A stretch of 64,000 nt of DNA. Source: Camelus ferus (lineage: Eukaryota). Positions 39,032 to 51,820 of this stretch are shown here, piece after piece. The stretch is taken from NCBI RefSeq assembly GCF_009834535.1, contig NC_045697.1:70744001-70808000 (forward strand). Direction: 5' to 3'. The position numbers and the translations under genes were made by a program. The number at the start of each line of letters is the position of its first letter. The stretch's first letter is position 1. The notes beneath the pieces were generated by a model that worked only from the letters and a program-made list of their open reading frames with translations, made no database searches and had not been told where the DNA came from.

Positions 39032-39194
39032 CAATAATTTACTTTGCATCTAACATAGAGATACGACTTTGAATTGGAAGACAACCAGTCTTGAATGGAA
39101 GTCAGAAGGCCCATCTTGTAATCTTGGCATTTTCCATCGTCTACATCAGTGACCCAGGGAAAGTCATGCTTTCTGCATCTAAACTTGTGGAGTT
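39032..39194 (-). other. Candidate spliced exon (163 nt), unverified
   Basis: Acceptor catgtctggtttttag|AAC and donor TTG|GTAGGT; single open frame LHKFRCRKHDFPWVTDVDDGKCQDYKMGLLTSIQDWLSSNSKSYLYVRCKVNY. Confidence 0.3.
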
Positions 39195-39411
39195 CTAAAA
39201 ACCAGACATGAAATCCTATTCTTGGATAATATGCCAAGTCAAGACTTAGTTAAATAAATATTTTATATGTAAAATAGTATAGTAATACATTAATATGTAT
39301 TTTTTAAGTATTTCTAAGTTCTGTTACAACTCTATAATTCCCAGTTTCTCTTCCACTTTGCAAATTTGCCTCTTGTTTAGGAGAGATCAAAAGTTACAAC
39401 TTAACAATTTA

Positions 39412-39540
39412 AGAGTTTGGGATAAGCAGATACAAGCTACTATATATAAACTAGATAAATGACAAAGGTCTACTGCATAGCACAGGGAATTATATTCAGT
39501 ATCTTGTAATAAGCTATAATGAAAAATAATATGAAAAAGA

Positions 39541-39578
<38 letters not shown>

Positions 39579-39659
39579 CTGAATCACTATGCTGTACACC
39601 AGAAATTAACAAAACATTGTAAACCGACTATACTTCAACAAAAAAATAAATTTAAAAAA
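39412..39659 (+). mobile_element. Short L1 3'-UTR insertion (cetartiodactyl-type) with internal (TA)n
   Basis: Homologous to 16423-16637 ('gtttggga...agcagata...agcacagggaa.tatattca...gctgtacaccagaaa.taaca.aacattgtaaa'); (TA)17 at 39544-39577; A tail. Confidence 0.92.
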
Positions 39660-41639
39660 GGAGACAAGAACTGGATCATGTGCTTATTCCATCAAACTCA
39701 GAAGCTGCATTGTTAAAGTGACATTTTATCAGTGTCACACGGCTACATTACTTCCAAACTCTGATGTCTTTGAAATCATAAAAGTAATGCACTTATTAAT
39801 ATATTTTGATTTATTAACTCAAACATGATGCAAGTTAGAAGGTAGTTATTTGGCTTTATTAATATTCTAAACAAGTTTCTTAGCTATAAAGAAGACTTTA
39901 GGGCACCTCATTAGGAAAATTCCAATTGAGATAAAGATTAGTGTTTGTACAAATTCCCATCATAGAATGTTGCTATTTGTACCTTCATTGGTCATTTGAA
40001 ACTTTTCTTCACAGAAAAAAAAAAGTCATAATTTGAAAACTTTAGGGTATAATTCAATAAATGATTCAACTTCTGTCACTTATGCAAATATATACCTATA
40101 CTATTTTCTACTCAAAAATATTTTAGAACTTAAAGGGGAAATACTGACAATAACCTCCTTTGCTCACAAATAGCAGTCATTAAGTGAAATAGTCTTTCAT
40201 GGGCAAGGAAGCATTTCATTGAGCAGTTAGTTCTCAAGGTGAGAAGTTCCTGCTTTAAGGTCCCATGCAGAAATAAGGCATGGTGACAGAACAGAGACAA
40301 ACGAACTCAGTGTGAGTCAGTCCTGGGTTTTGTAACATTAAAAAATAAGGTAGCTTTACTAATTGGTGCTTTGAACTATAACTTCAAATGGACTGCGAGT
40401 TTCCACTCACGTTGCTGAAGGTTCTGGAGGTAACAGTTATTTAGTAAAGAAATGGTAAAATGGCAGAAAGGCTGTGTGCATAGTCACATTTTTCTCCATT
40501 CAGCAATTTTTCTCCTATTTAATATTTTTGGTGCATGTATAAAAATTTGTGATACTTTAGCTTTCCTTTGGAACTAGCTGTAATACAGAAGTGCCCATCC
40601 TTGGTCTGTGAATGGAAATTCTAAGGAGAGAAAAAAATCATCTCACTCACCTCATGAAACCTACAGGAATCATAAAACAGCTTTTGGGGAAAGTCTTGAT
40701 TGTTTTTCTGTCCTTCTCTCTGCACTTACTTCTCTCGAAAGTAAGCTGTTCAGGGCATGGTTGAAGTGAGCGGGCTGTGTGGAAGGGGATGAAGTGGGGA
40801 CCCAGATAAAGCCAGGGACATTAGAGCCTTGTGAGTGTTGTTTTTGCCCAGAAGAGAGCAATTCAGAGGCTGGTTCTATTTCACTCCTGCTTCCAAGTGA
40901 ATTCAACCTGAATGCTGTGTTTGCAGAATGTTAATTAACTGATCTTAATCCCAAATAAGTCAGAACTGCCTGTGTGAATACTCCCACGACAAGTAGAGCT
41001 GTGCCCTCTCATGCAAAAGGATTATTCTGGGACACGGGCCCCCATTACGTGCTTATGTAATACATCTGAACTTCTCTGAAAATGCTCAGTTAAAATAGCT
41101 ACCATTTTGAATCTGGGCAGCTGACTTTAACAGTCCAGTTTCCTCTATTTGAAAGACGAAAAAAATAGAAGTAGCTAAAGAAGGTTGTTTTCAAACGTAG
41201 AAAAGCTTTCCAACATGTATAAAGATGTTTATAGATTTACTTCCAGTTGATTTTTTTCAACTTAAATTTCTTCAATCTTTTCTATAAATGTCTCTCTTGT
41301 ACATTTTGGAGAAAAAGTTCCAATTTAAGTCTAAATTAAATTAGGCCAAATTTTTAGGGAAAATTTTTTTTTGTTACATTCACATTCTTAAAATGATTTG
41401 AATTGGAAGATATTCAAGAATTGTCATAAAATTCAAGAGAAATGCTCAGTTTCTACATACCAATAAAGACTGAATTGGGGACTATAATGAAAGTATTAGA
41501 AAAGTAACTGCTAAGAATTGTGATGTCACTTATATTTTCAGCTTGATCACTTCTCCCTGACCCAGAACAAAGGTAGCCTCAATTCAATGGAAATGATATA
41601 TATTCATTTCCTAGGCATATATGTTATTGCACACTTCTG

Positions 41640-41860
41640 CCAGCTTACTGTGGTGTAAGCAGTGTGCCATTTGGAGTTGAGCAGATTTGAGTATGAATCC
41701 CAATTATATCCCCTGATAACTGTTCATACTTAACCTCTGTCTAACTTGGCTTTCTCTTCTATAAAACAGGATAATGACACTCACCTCTATATTTGAAATA
41801 ATATAATGAAAGCACGGAACACAGGCTTGCACATAATAAATACTTAGTATCTATTATTTC
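41640..41860 (+). mobile_element. MIR SINE
   Basis: 'ttggagttgagcagatttgagtatgaatccc...cttaacctctgtctaacttggctttctcttctataaaacagg'. Confidence 0.7.
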
Positions 41861-41954
41861 TCCTACCTTTTCTTCACATGTATCAAAGTATTACCATGCA
41901 TATATGGGATAATTTTCAACCAAAAAAAAATTCTCAAAATAGCTTGAGGAAGTG

Positions 41955-42175
41955 ACAGTGGTATAGAGGAAAAACACAGGCTTTGGAATCATAGAAATTT
42001 TGATTTAACTTTACTATCTCCTTCTTAGATTTATAATCTTCAAATCTCAAGCTTTACATTGACGGAATGGGGACAGAAATACCTACTATGTAAGATTTTG
42101 CGTAATTAATTAATTGCGTAATTAAATGTGGGAAGTTCCCAGCATCATGCTTGTCACTAGGTAGAGCTCTAGTGA
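41955..42175 (+). mobile_element. MIR SINE
   Basis: 'cagtggtatagaggaaaaacacaggctttggaatc' head and MIR tail. Confidence 0.65.
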
Positions 42176-43004
42176 GTGACCAGGGTCGTTATTTATTGTC
42201 CTAATTTTGGTTTAAAGGGAACAGTGTCAATATTATCAGAAGTTATGCTGGAGGGAGTCAGTCATGAGCAGAGTGTAAGATATAAAAATGAGAAGACTAT
42301 AAATTTAAAGATTTTAATGAAAGAATATAAATATAACTTGTGGCAATACACAATAATCATTCACAAAGAAACTATTTTATCCTAATTTAATAAATCCTTT
42401 ACTAATTAGAATATAAAATATATTACACTGCTTTCCTTATTTCTTACCTGAGGGAAATACTTTCTTCCTCCTTAGACTGAGTATAAATATGGCACTATTT
42501 CATGGGAAAATGAAAGTCTGACAAAAGTGCATAAGGGTTACTTTTGTCATCACTTATATGAGACTCTAACTTTGACAGATAGTTTGCAATCATTTATTAT
42601 GAAGTCATATTATACTTTCCCTTTTATCACACCACTTAGCATGTATTACATATACCTTAAATAGGAACTAAAATTCTTCCTTTTCCTTTCTCTATTGAAT
42701 TTTATGGTGAATCAATTTTCCCATTATATACAAAAAAAAAAAAACAAATCAACTAATCAATTAGCTCTATAAATTTGGTACTTTTATAAGGTGTACTAAA
42801 TGCTTGAAATAACATGAAAATTCATTTATTTTCATCTGCCTTCCAGAAACTCAAATTATTCGAGTCCTCTACTCATGTGCGCCTTTTTCCTTCGGTATCG
42901 GTTTTACAGGCATGGTGCTTGCAGACGTCCATGTTGGAAAACCCATCAAGAAGCAGTAAAGAATTGGAGCTTTCCTGCCTCTCCTCCACTGGACTCTACC
43001 AGGG

Positions 43005-43650
43005 CTTCCCTGAGAGCAACTTACGTTCAGTTCACAATGGGTGTAGCTTGTATTCTGGGAGTAGGAGTCAGATACATAAAGAAGTAAGCTATGTAATAAT
43101 GTCTGTTGGTAATAGTGGAGAAAATAAATTACCCAAGTGAAATGGGCTGTTAGAGTTGAGAAGTATTATAATTTTATATAGTGATCAAAGACAGCCTTGC
43201 TGAGAAGGTACAAATGGAACCAAGGCTTCAAGGAGGTAAGGAGCGGCATATAGCTGTGTGGCTCCCTGGGCTGAGACGGTTCCCAGATGCTGAGGGGGAG
43301 CAGGCCCCATGTTCAGAGCACAGCCAAGAAGGCAGGGTTGTGGAAGCCAAGTGAGTGAGGGCAGGGTGTTAATGAGATTGAGAAATGATGTCAGTTAGAA
43401 CTTAGGGGCCATTGTAAGGATTCTGGCTTTCACTTAGAGCAAAAAGGAGAGCCACTAAAATGTTTTTAGTAGAAGAGTGTAATAATTTCACTTGCCTTTA
43501 AAAATAATTCATCTGTTCTCTGTGTGTAGAAATGCCTGAACAGAAGGAGTGGGCAGGAGACTATTGCAAGTCGTTCAGGACAGATGATGATGCCTAGGAC
43601 CAGGGTGGAAGTAGTAGTGTTGAGATGCCTGGGATATATTTGACAATAAA
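43005..43650 (-). mobile_element. L2 fragment
   Basis: 'gggccattgtaaggattctggctttcact...gagagccact...ggagactattgca...gatgatgcctaggaccagggtgg'. Confidence 0.8.
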
Positions 43651-44704
43651 GATCTAAGCACATATTTTTGAAATACCATAGATCAGCAATAATAAGGAAT
43701 GTCTCAATCTAAGGAAGTACACTTTCCTGGAAAAATTTTATTGCCTAATTAAGCAAGGAAAAATAATTTCAAGTGGTCTCCTGAGTATTTTGTCACTTCA
43801 CTATCCTTAGCCCTCCTGGAATCCCAGGACTCAGCAACTCTTCTGGATAAATAGGTGGACCATAAACAATGATCTCTCCTTCCATATTCATTTAGGAATG
43901 TTGTACTTGGCACAATAGATTTCCAGTAGCTAAAGGCTCATTTCCTTAGGTCAACATACCATCTGGCAGTTAACAACGACTTTCCTGATCAACCTGAAGA
44001 TACAGAGCAAGCTGGTTGGGTAGGAGCAACATCCACCTCTGGAAACCCAGTGGAAGTACTGAGTTTACACTCAATGTGGAGAGCCAGTGCAATCCCCTCC
44101 TCCTAACCAGCCCACCATTCAAAAGAAAGGACAGAAATTAAATAGCAATCATAAGGAATTTTGAGACTTAGAACTCCCTAGAAGTCAGAAACATAGGGCT
44201 TTATACTTTAGTATTTCTGCAAAAATTAACTGCTTGATAGCAGTAAAATTTAGGACTTAACACCAAAGAATAAGTCTTTATGTACCTTCAATGGTACAGT
44301 TATATAATTGCTGTCTTAATGTCTCATATAAAGTCTAAAGTTTCAATAATATTACACATAATATTCATATATGAATATCTTATATCCTTATCTTGATCTT
44401 AAATCCCATAAAAGGAAGTACTATATATCTTGGGATGCCTTCACTCAATAGATATTCCATAAATATTTTTTGAGTTGATACATATTTTATATAGCTTTTC
44501 CATTTACTTAGAAAGAAATATTTTAAGGTCAAATATGATAGCACATATTTGAGAATATTCTGAAACAGCAAAACGCCATCTTCAGGATCACATCATTAGG
44601 AGTACAAGAACCTTCATTTTCAAACAATGTCCATGGCTACAGAATGCTGGAGGCAGTTCAAAATGCAGCCTCCCTCCACACTAAGAAAGTCCGGCACAAG
44701 GGAT

Positions 44705-44970
44705 GTAAAGATAACAAAAACATTGACTGTGCGTCATTGGGCCAATCATGTCTTATGTATTAACCCATATAACATCAAAATTTACTTCTCACAATATCAG
44801 CCTCCATTTATAGATCTTCACTATGTGCAAACACATTTTTAAGTGTTTTACAAGTATAAAATCTTTCACCAATCCTTTAAATGAGAAACAAGGGCTTAGA
44901 GGTTAACTAGTCAAACCATAAGCAAAGATTGCTACCCAGGTACCAAGCTTACACTCTTAACCACCACACA
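44705..44970 (-). mobile_element. MIR fragments
   Basis: 'aaatgagaaacaagggcttagaggttaact...actcttaaccacca'. Confidence 0.55.
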
Positions 44971-46779
44971 ATGTCTGTATCATGACTTAAACATAACTAT
45001 ACATGTGTGTCAGTATGTGTGTAGATAGATTTATACACATCTTTTCATTGTGTCATGCAAATAGTTTTGTTCCAATTTGTTTGTATCCCTTAACACAGCA
45101 CATCCAGAATGCATGGATTGTTCTATTCTGTAACATCACAGTCTTCTGTTTGGTACTTACAGATATGCAAAGGGAACGGTCCAGGGTTTGAAGCAAGGTT
45201 ATTTTGCCTAATATATAGCCACAAGGAGCATCCAAATATAGCATGGGATTTCTAAAATGCTATGAAGAATGTCTCTGGGCAAATTAATAAGACTGGAATT
45301 TTCCCATCCCTCAATGCTACTCAGGTACTGCCATTTTCAAGATCCCAGCTTAAAGTTATTTTTTGTTAACTATATGTTCCATAAATGATATATCATGACT
45401 TATCAATAATATATTTATAATCATAGACTTATATGCATATATTATAATGTATAATTGTGATATATAATTATTTGTGTTGTTTGTCTTTTCCTTTCTAGTA
45501 AATGAAATTCTCAGTCATGGGTCAGTTCCTTTTATGTATGGAATTTTAACCAATGACATGAAATAAACTTACAGGTAAAACATAAGGGCACATTGCATTA
45601 TTTCAGAGAAAGTATATATGTATATATATATAGTTAATTCAGTAAAGCTATAGCTTTACAATTGCTATTGGGAAAAAAAAAACCTTTTGACTTTGTAAAC
45701 CTATACATTTCTGTAGTGGACAGAATGCTCACAGTTCAAGTGACTCAACATTTTCTGGTTTGATATGATAAATTAGAGACTATATTAAACATAGTCCTGT
45801 TGGAGTTCCCACCACTAGTTACAGAAGCTAAAACAACTTTGGTTATACTTCAAATTTCTGTCTGTCTCAAAATATCAAAATCTTATTCTTTAGACTCATT
45901 TCTAACAATGCATTCTTGAGAAACGAGAATTTGGGAACACAAAAACAACCTCTACTTACATAAACAAACGTGTGTAACTTCCTTGAGAAAAGTTTGTTGT
46001 TTAATTTGTTTTTGAAGGAAGTAATTGATTTTTCTTGGCAGATTTGATAAAAATAACAAGGTCTTGATTATCTAACCTGGAGGTCATATATTCCTCAGGA
46101 ATCATCGGTGTGTAACTCAGATTTAAGTGAATTCAAGCTCTCCTAGGACTCCCTTTGGATATATGACTACAACGTGCTACCATACAGTACTTCTTCTATG
46201 AAATTAATAACATAATCAGAATATAAGTAGATATATACAGAGAAGGTAAATACATATATATACTTATACACTTATATACATGTATAAAGTTGCCTGTATT
46301 GTTTGTTTTGTGTGATATGTCAGTATATATGAGAAGAATATATCAGATAGGAATACAGTCATTAAGAATACTTTTCTACTAATTTCCCATTAGCTCTGTG
46401 CACTTCCATCATACTCAGCTTCACTGATCCTGAATTTTTAAAATTTTGATCAATACTTTTAGCTTTACTGTGTACAATGTATGAAGATAGAATTTGAAAG
46501 CAAATCAAATAATCCAAATGAGATTGTAAGGTTTTTTTTCAACATATAAAATGAAAAACAATTGGTTTACAAGTTTTACCCAATGTAATTAGAAATAATT
46601 CTTAATATTTTTATTAGAGGAATTATAGAATAACTTTTACTCTGCAGCATTTTTTAGCAGTCTGTGAACTAAAAAATAATGGAAAATGCATTTAATAAAA
46701 TTTTTTCTACAATTTGCATTCTAATTAGTTCATATCATCCCTATCTTTAACTCAAATTAATGTAATTTGGGGACATAAA

Positions 46780-47670
46780 TAAAAGAGATACTATAGTCAT
46801 AGTAAATATGGATTTCAGTAAAACTTTATTTATGAAGTAAATAATCTTAATATCCATAATTTCCTTATCAAACTTACGAAGAAACTTTGAACAAACACAT
46901 TTAAACAGTATCGGTCAATGACAACTCACAGTGAGGACTTTAATGTTGGACTTGCAAACAATATTAGGTTGAGAACATAGAGGGCATGCTAATGAAAATT
47001 TAAGATGACATGCAGATTCTTCAAAAAGGAGAATTAATACAACTGGTAATTTTGAATTGGAAGGTGTGATTCCACTTATCTGAGACACCTAAAGTAGTCA
47101 AATTTATAGAAGAGAAAGTATAATGGTTTTACCAGGGGCTAGAGGGAGAGGGGAATGGAGACCTGTTATTTAATGTGTTTATAATTTCAGCTTTGCAAGA
47201 TCAAAAAGCTATAAAGACTGGTTGCACAACAGCATGAATATACTTAACACAACTAAACTGTAAACTTAAAAATGGTTAAGATGGTAAATTTTATGCCATA
47301 TGTATTTTACCACAACTTTTAAAAACGTCAATTGTGATATTACCTGACTAAGGAGCAGATGTCAGAGCAATTATTTTTTTTAAGAACAAAAGAAGTTTTG
47401 AGTTAGACAGAAGATAGCCACAAATTGTATTTAATCAAGAGGGCATTTGTAACATGAGTCCAGAAAAGTAGTAAACTTAGGTCATAGTACTTCATGTAGC
47501 AAGCCTAGTGCAGGGAAAGGAAGTTTTATTCTACTTTGTGCTGGTTACATCATATCTTGAGTATTTCATCCAGTTCTGAGCATTGTATTTAAAGACGTAC
47601 ATTTTCAAATCAAAGGCATTTAAAGGAGATCAAACGCAATGGTGAGAAATCTGAAGCCATGTCATACTGC
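46780..47670 (+). mobile_element. CR1/L3 LINE RT fragment, interrupted by L1
   Basis: IVNMDFSKT (cf. VYLDFSKAFD) around 46811; ENIEGMLM..DD (cf. EGMLIKFADD); YFVLVTSYLEYFIQF* at 47532-47579 (cf. YSALVRPHLEYCVQFW). Confidence 0.7.
47065..47325 (+). mobile_element. L1MB-like 3' end
   Basis: 'gattccacttatctgagacacctaaagtagtcaaatt...aaaatggttaagatggtaaattttatg...tattttaccacaa'. Confidence 0.88.
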
Positions 47671-47689
47671 AGCTAGAAGAGTGAAGCAT

Positions 47690-47860
47690 TTCAGGTTTTA
47701 GGCTCTGTTACAGGAAACAACTGGGTTTGAAAACCAAGCTCCATCACTGACTAACCTGTGAGCAAGCTCTTTAACTTCTGGAACTACTACTTGAGTCATC
47801 TCCTATAAAATTATCATCCCCCCAAAAAACTAAGAATCTATAATATCCAAATTACATAGT
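47690..47860 (+). mobile_element. MIR SINE
   Basis: 'ctgggtttgaaaaccaagctccatcactgactaacctgtgagcaag'. Confidence 0.6.
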
Positions 47861-48189
47861 GTAATTTGCAAAGTGGTCTTAGAACTCTAAACGGGAATGT
47901 ATAATTTTCTTCCACTTGAATATTTTCTAACTGTTATTTCTTCCAAGCATGGCTGCAAAATCTGCATAATTAGTATAAAAGTATTTTTTATTAGTTTTGA
48001 CTCACCCAACAAGTTTTTCTTTTTTTAAATATCTTCTTAAAAAGAGTTGACACAAATCTGACTTTTGCTATTTCTCTGTCCACATACTGGCACTGAGGGT
48101 TTATGCCAACAAACTCTGGAGATGGATCATTTATTAATTACTGCAATCCCACAGTAGCTTGCTAAGCCTCGACAAGTTGATTATCATCA

Positions 48190-48880
48190 ATTTTATTTTA
48201 TGTAAACTTTTTATTGAAGCATAACATACAAAATGTGCACAAATCTTAAATAAACAGCTTGATGATTTTATACAAAGTGAACCCACTATGTTACTACCAA
48301 TAAGATTTAAAATACCTCCTGTTTTCCATTTCCAGTCACAAGTCCCTCATAGGTAACTACTATCCTGAATACTAACACCAAAGATTGGCTTTGCCTATTT
48401 CTGAATCTTATATAAATAGAGTAATAAATTTGTGCTCTCTTGCAAGTGACTTTTTTCACTCAAAATTATACTTGTGAGATCCATCCATATTACAGTATAC
48501 TGTTTTAATTCACTTACTCTTATTGTTATATAATAATCCCTGGTACAAGAACACAAATATGTATCCATTCTACTCTGAATAGATATTGGTTTGCTTCCAT
48601 TAGGCTTGTTAAGAATTATACTTTTGCAAACATTCATACAACTGTCTATTGATGAATGCATGGGTCTATTTCTGTTGGATGTATACACACAGAAGTGGAA
48701 CTGCTGAGTTATAGGCATGTGTATATTTAGCTTCAGTAAATATTGCCAAAAGGTTTTCCAAAGCAGTTGTACCAACGGTTGTCTCTCATCAGCAGAGTAT
48801 GTTTGTCTGATTTTCTGGCCAACATGCAGTTCTCTCAGGCTACTTCATTTTAGCCATGCTGGTCAAGGTGCTGTGGCAAT
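48190..48880 (-). mobile_element. Ancient L1 (L1ME/MD-like) ORF2 end and 3' UTR
   Basis: The minus ORF 48395-48775 (VQLLWKTFWQYLLKLNIHMP...WMDLTSIILSEKS) is the L1 ORF2 C-terminus. Confidence 0.85.
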
Positions 48881-49269
48881 CACAATTTTTAAAAAGAAAA
48901 TTAGATTAGCCTCTAAAACAATGAATCACTGTCTAGAGAACAGGAGATCAGGGTAGAGACAAAATCCCTGGCTCATAGTACTAATATTCTTCCAGACTCA
49001 CTAGAAATAAATTTTAGGAGCTATCTATGTGGGCAAAGCCATATCTAATACAGTGGGACAAAAAAAGAGAATATTGCTAACACCAAGTTACACCACTTGA
49101 TGAAGTAACTTACTTTATTAAGACTGTGTGGATGACAGCATTTCCATTTAATTCATTAATTATTTATTTACTATTGTATGGAAGGCTCTGAAACTATTGT
49201 ACAGCTAAGCAAGGCAGACCTCCTTCTCTGATTAATTAAAAAACACAAGGAAGAAGAGGACGAAAGAAG

Positions 49270-49480
49270 AAACCACTTTATTAGTTAAAAACCACTACAT
49301 TTAAGAAACTATGCTAGGTTCTATCACTTAATTAACATAATCATGAGAAGGAAGTAGTTTTCTTGCATCACACATATAAATAAGCCCAAGTTCCGTGAGT
49401 TTAAGTAACATGCCCTAAATCACACAGTTAGAAATTAGAACCCAGTTCTATCTGGCCTCAAAGGACTCTTCATCTCAGTT
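49270..49480 (-). mobile_element. MIR SINE
   Basis: 'taagtaacatgccctaaatcacacag...aattagaacccagttctatctggcctcaaa'. Confidence 0.65.
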
Positions 49481-49759
49481 TGCCGTAACTATAGCAAGTG
49501 GCTGAACCAATAAATTGCTACAATAATTCACAACCGCAAATAGCAAAAAGTTAGAAATAAATGGCAAGATCTAGAAGGTTTTCTAAAAGATAGGGCTTCT
49601 CCACCAGGCCCTGGGAAGATAAGACTGGGCAAGATAATAGAAGAAAACTCTTTTAGAAAGGATTATGAGACGAAATGAGGTTAGAAATTAAAGAAAGGTT
49701 TAAGATTGTTTTTTTTTTTAAATCTAAGCCAAACAAAAGATTAATTAAATGAAATTTAT

Positions 49760-50170
49760 AACGACAACTGGCTCCCTCTCTTCTGTTCTCCCTCTTCCAA
49801 TGCTTCTACACTACACCTTAAAGTAATCTTGAAAGACACAAATCCGACAGCTCACTCTGTGGTTGAAAATTCTTCCCTGACTGCACTGGCCCTGCGGGTA
49901 AATTAAAGTCCAAACACCTTGAAAGGCACAGAAACCTGCAGGATCTGGGCCTCCTTTCTTTGTCATGCCACATTTCATCCATAGGGATCCTCTTTTAATT
50001 TCTTAAAACCACCATGCTCTTTTCCCTCAGGTTCTATCTAACGCTGCCTCCCCCTGCCAGAAATGTTCTTTTCCTCCTTTCTGTGCAATTGTTCAAAATC
50101 TATTTTTCTCAGACTCTAAATCCTTGAAAATGGGGATCATGTATTTGCCTTCTCTGCTGCATTTACCAGT
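49760..50170 (+). mobile_element. L2 fragment
   Basis: 'aaattcttccctgactgc...aaagtccaaacacctt...tccttgaaaatggggatcatgt'. Confidence 0.65.
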
Positions 50171-51599
50171 TCCAGTTGACTCTGATTTTTTCACTCAACA
50201 CATGTAATTACACATTATGAAAGATACTTTGGAAAGCACCATTTATGGGACTTGAAATCCCTGGCACAGCCATTTAATATTTTTTTCTTGTCTTGGGAAG
50301 GGATGAAATTAAAGGGCTGTTACCTATTTTTCTCAGGCTAGGTACACCAAAATTTCTGGATTTCTGAGCCCCTCCCAAAAAATAGAATGAAAAACTAAAA
50401 AAAAGAGAAGAGATCATGTACTATACACAATATTCAAGCCCCTTTGTTGAAGAATTATGATTATTTTGAACAGAGAGAAAAAAGAACCAAATGAGGTAAG
50501 AAGGTTGAGAATGAAGATCACCAAGAAAACGGTCATTTCTTCCAAGAAGTTAGGGGAAGGAAAAGGGTCAGAACACTCCCCGGAAATAACTGCTCATCTG
50601 GACTCACAGAGCTTTCTTCCCCATTGGCAGGCAGGGATACCAGTGCTGAGAGGCAGGGTCGCTGTACAGCTAAAGCACATCACATTAGGCAGGAGATATA
50701 CATGAAGTTGGAAATAACGAATATATAGGCACCAATTAAATTGGAAACAAAAAGATCATAAACTCTTTGGCTGTGTCTATCCTTATAGAGTGAGTAATTT
50801 TTTGACAGAATGCAATAAAAAAGAATCCAAGTTGCCAGAGAGGAGAGGCAGCTCTAATTTAGGTAAGCTGTGGATTACTACATGCTTAGCCTACAGTAAT
50901 CCCTTCACAAATATTTGTTGAATTAATAAGTAGATGAATCAACAGAGGTGATGTCAGCCTAATCAGGTATTTTAAAAATGGTTTACACATAGTAATTTGT
51001 TAAATCCACAAATACATTCACTCATTCAGGAATAAATCCTATATAAATACACTGTTGTCATAAAAGTACTGGGCAATTTCAGTGTGTCTTCAAGCATCAT
51101 GCTGAATCTTTTCAATCAGACAAATCCTTAATTCATGGACGATCCATACCACTACTCAGTATTATGGTTTCAGTTTATTTTTATTTCGTAAGTACAAGAA
51201 GAACTGAGCTTTGCTTGGATAATTGGTTTTCTGAGCTGTCTTTTGTTTTAGTAGACAGGAGAGATGTGAAGGAGAAATGATCTATTGTAGAAAGTTCAGG
51301 ATATTTCTAAAAACAAGTGACAGAGGTCTCTAATACTGTCTCTTTGAACTCAGACCTACATAGGAAAAGATAAGAGACACAATATGAGATTACAGTAGTT
51401 TACTTTATAGGAATAGGATATTTATTTACTTATTATTTTTGTTGGTTTTGAGATGTCTCAAATTTCACTTAAAAATCAGGAAGAATAAATAAGGTGATTT
51501 GTTGCCCTACAAGGTAAACAGAGAGCTCCTATTATGTTTACTGGTACTGGGTCACATCTACAGGCTATCAGACACTCTTCCTTTATTAAAATTAGAAAT

Positions 51600-51820
51600 A
51601 ATAAAAGCAACTGAAATTCATCACATATTTGTGCCAGCACTGATCTAAGGCTTTATTTAGATTAATTCATTTAATTCTCACCCTGACTCTGAGAGGTGGG
51701 TACTTAGTTATCAACCTCCTTTGATAGATGAGGAACCAAAGAGACAGAAAATTTAGGCAAGTTGTTTTAGGTTATTCAAAGTGGTGGCAGAGTTGGGACC
51801 TAATCCTGGATCTGTCCTAG
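51600..51820 (-). mobile_element. MIR SINE
   Basis: 'ttcatttaattctcac...tagatgaggaaccaaagagacaga...gtggcagagttggga'. Confidence 0.8.
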
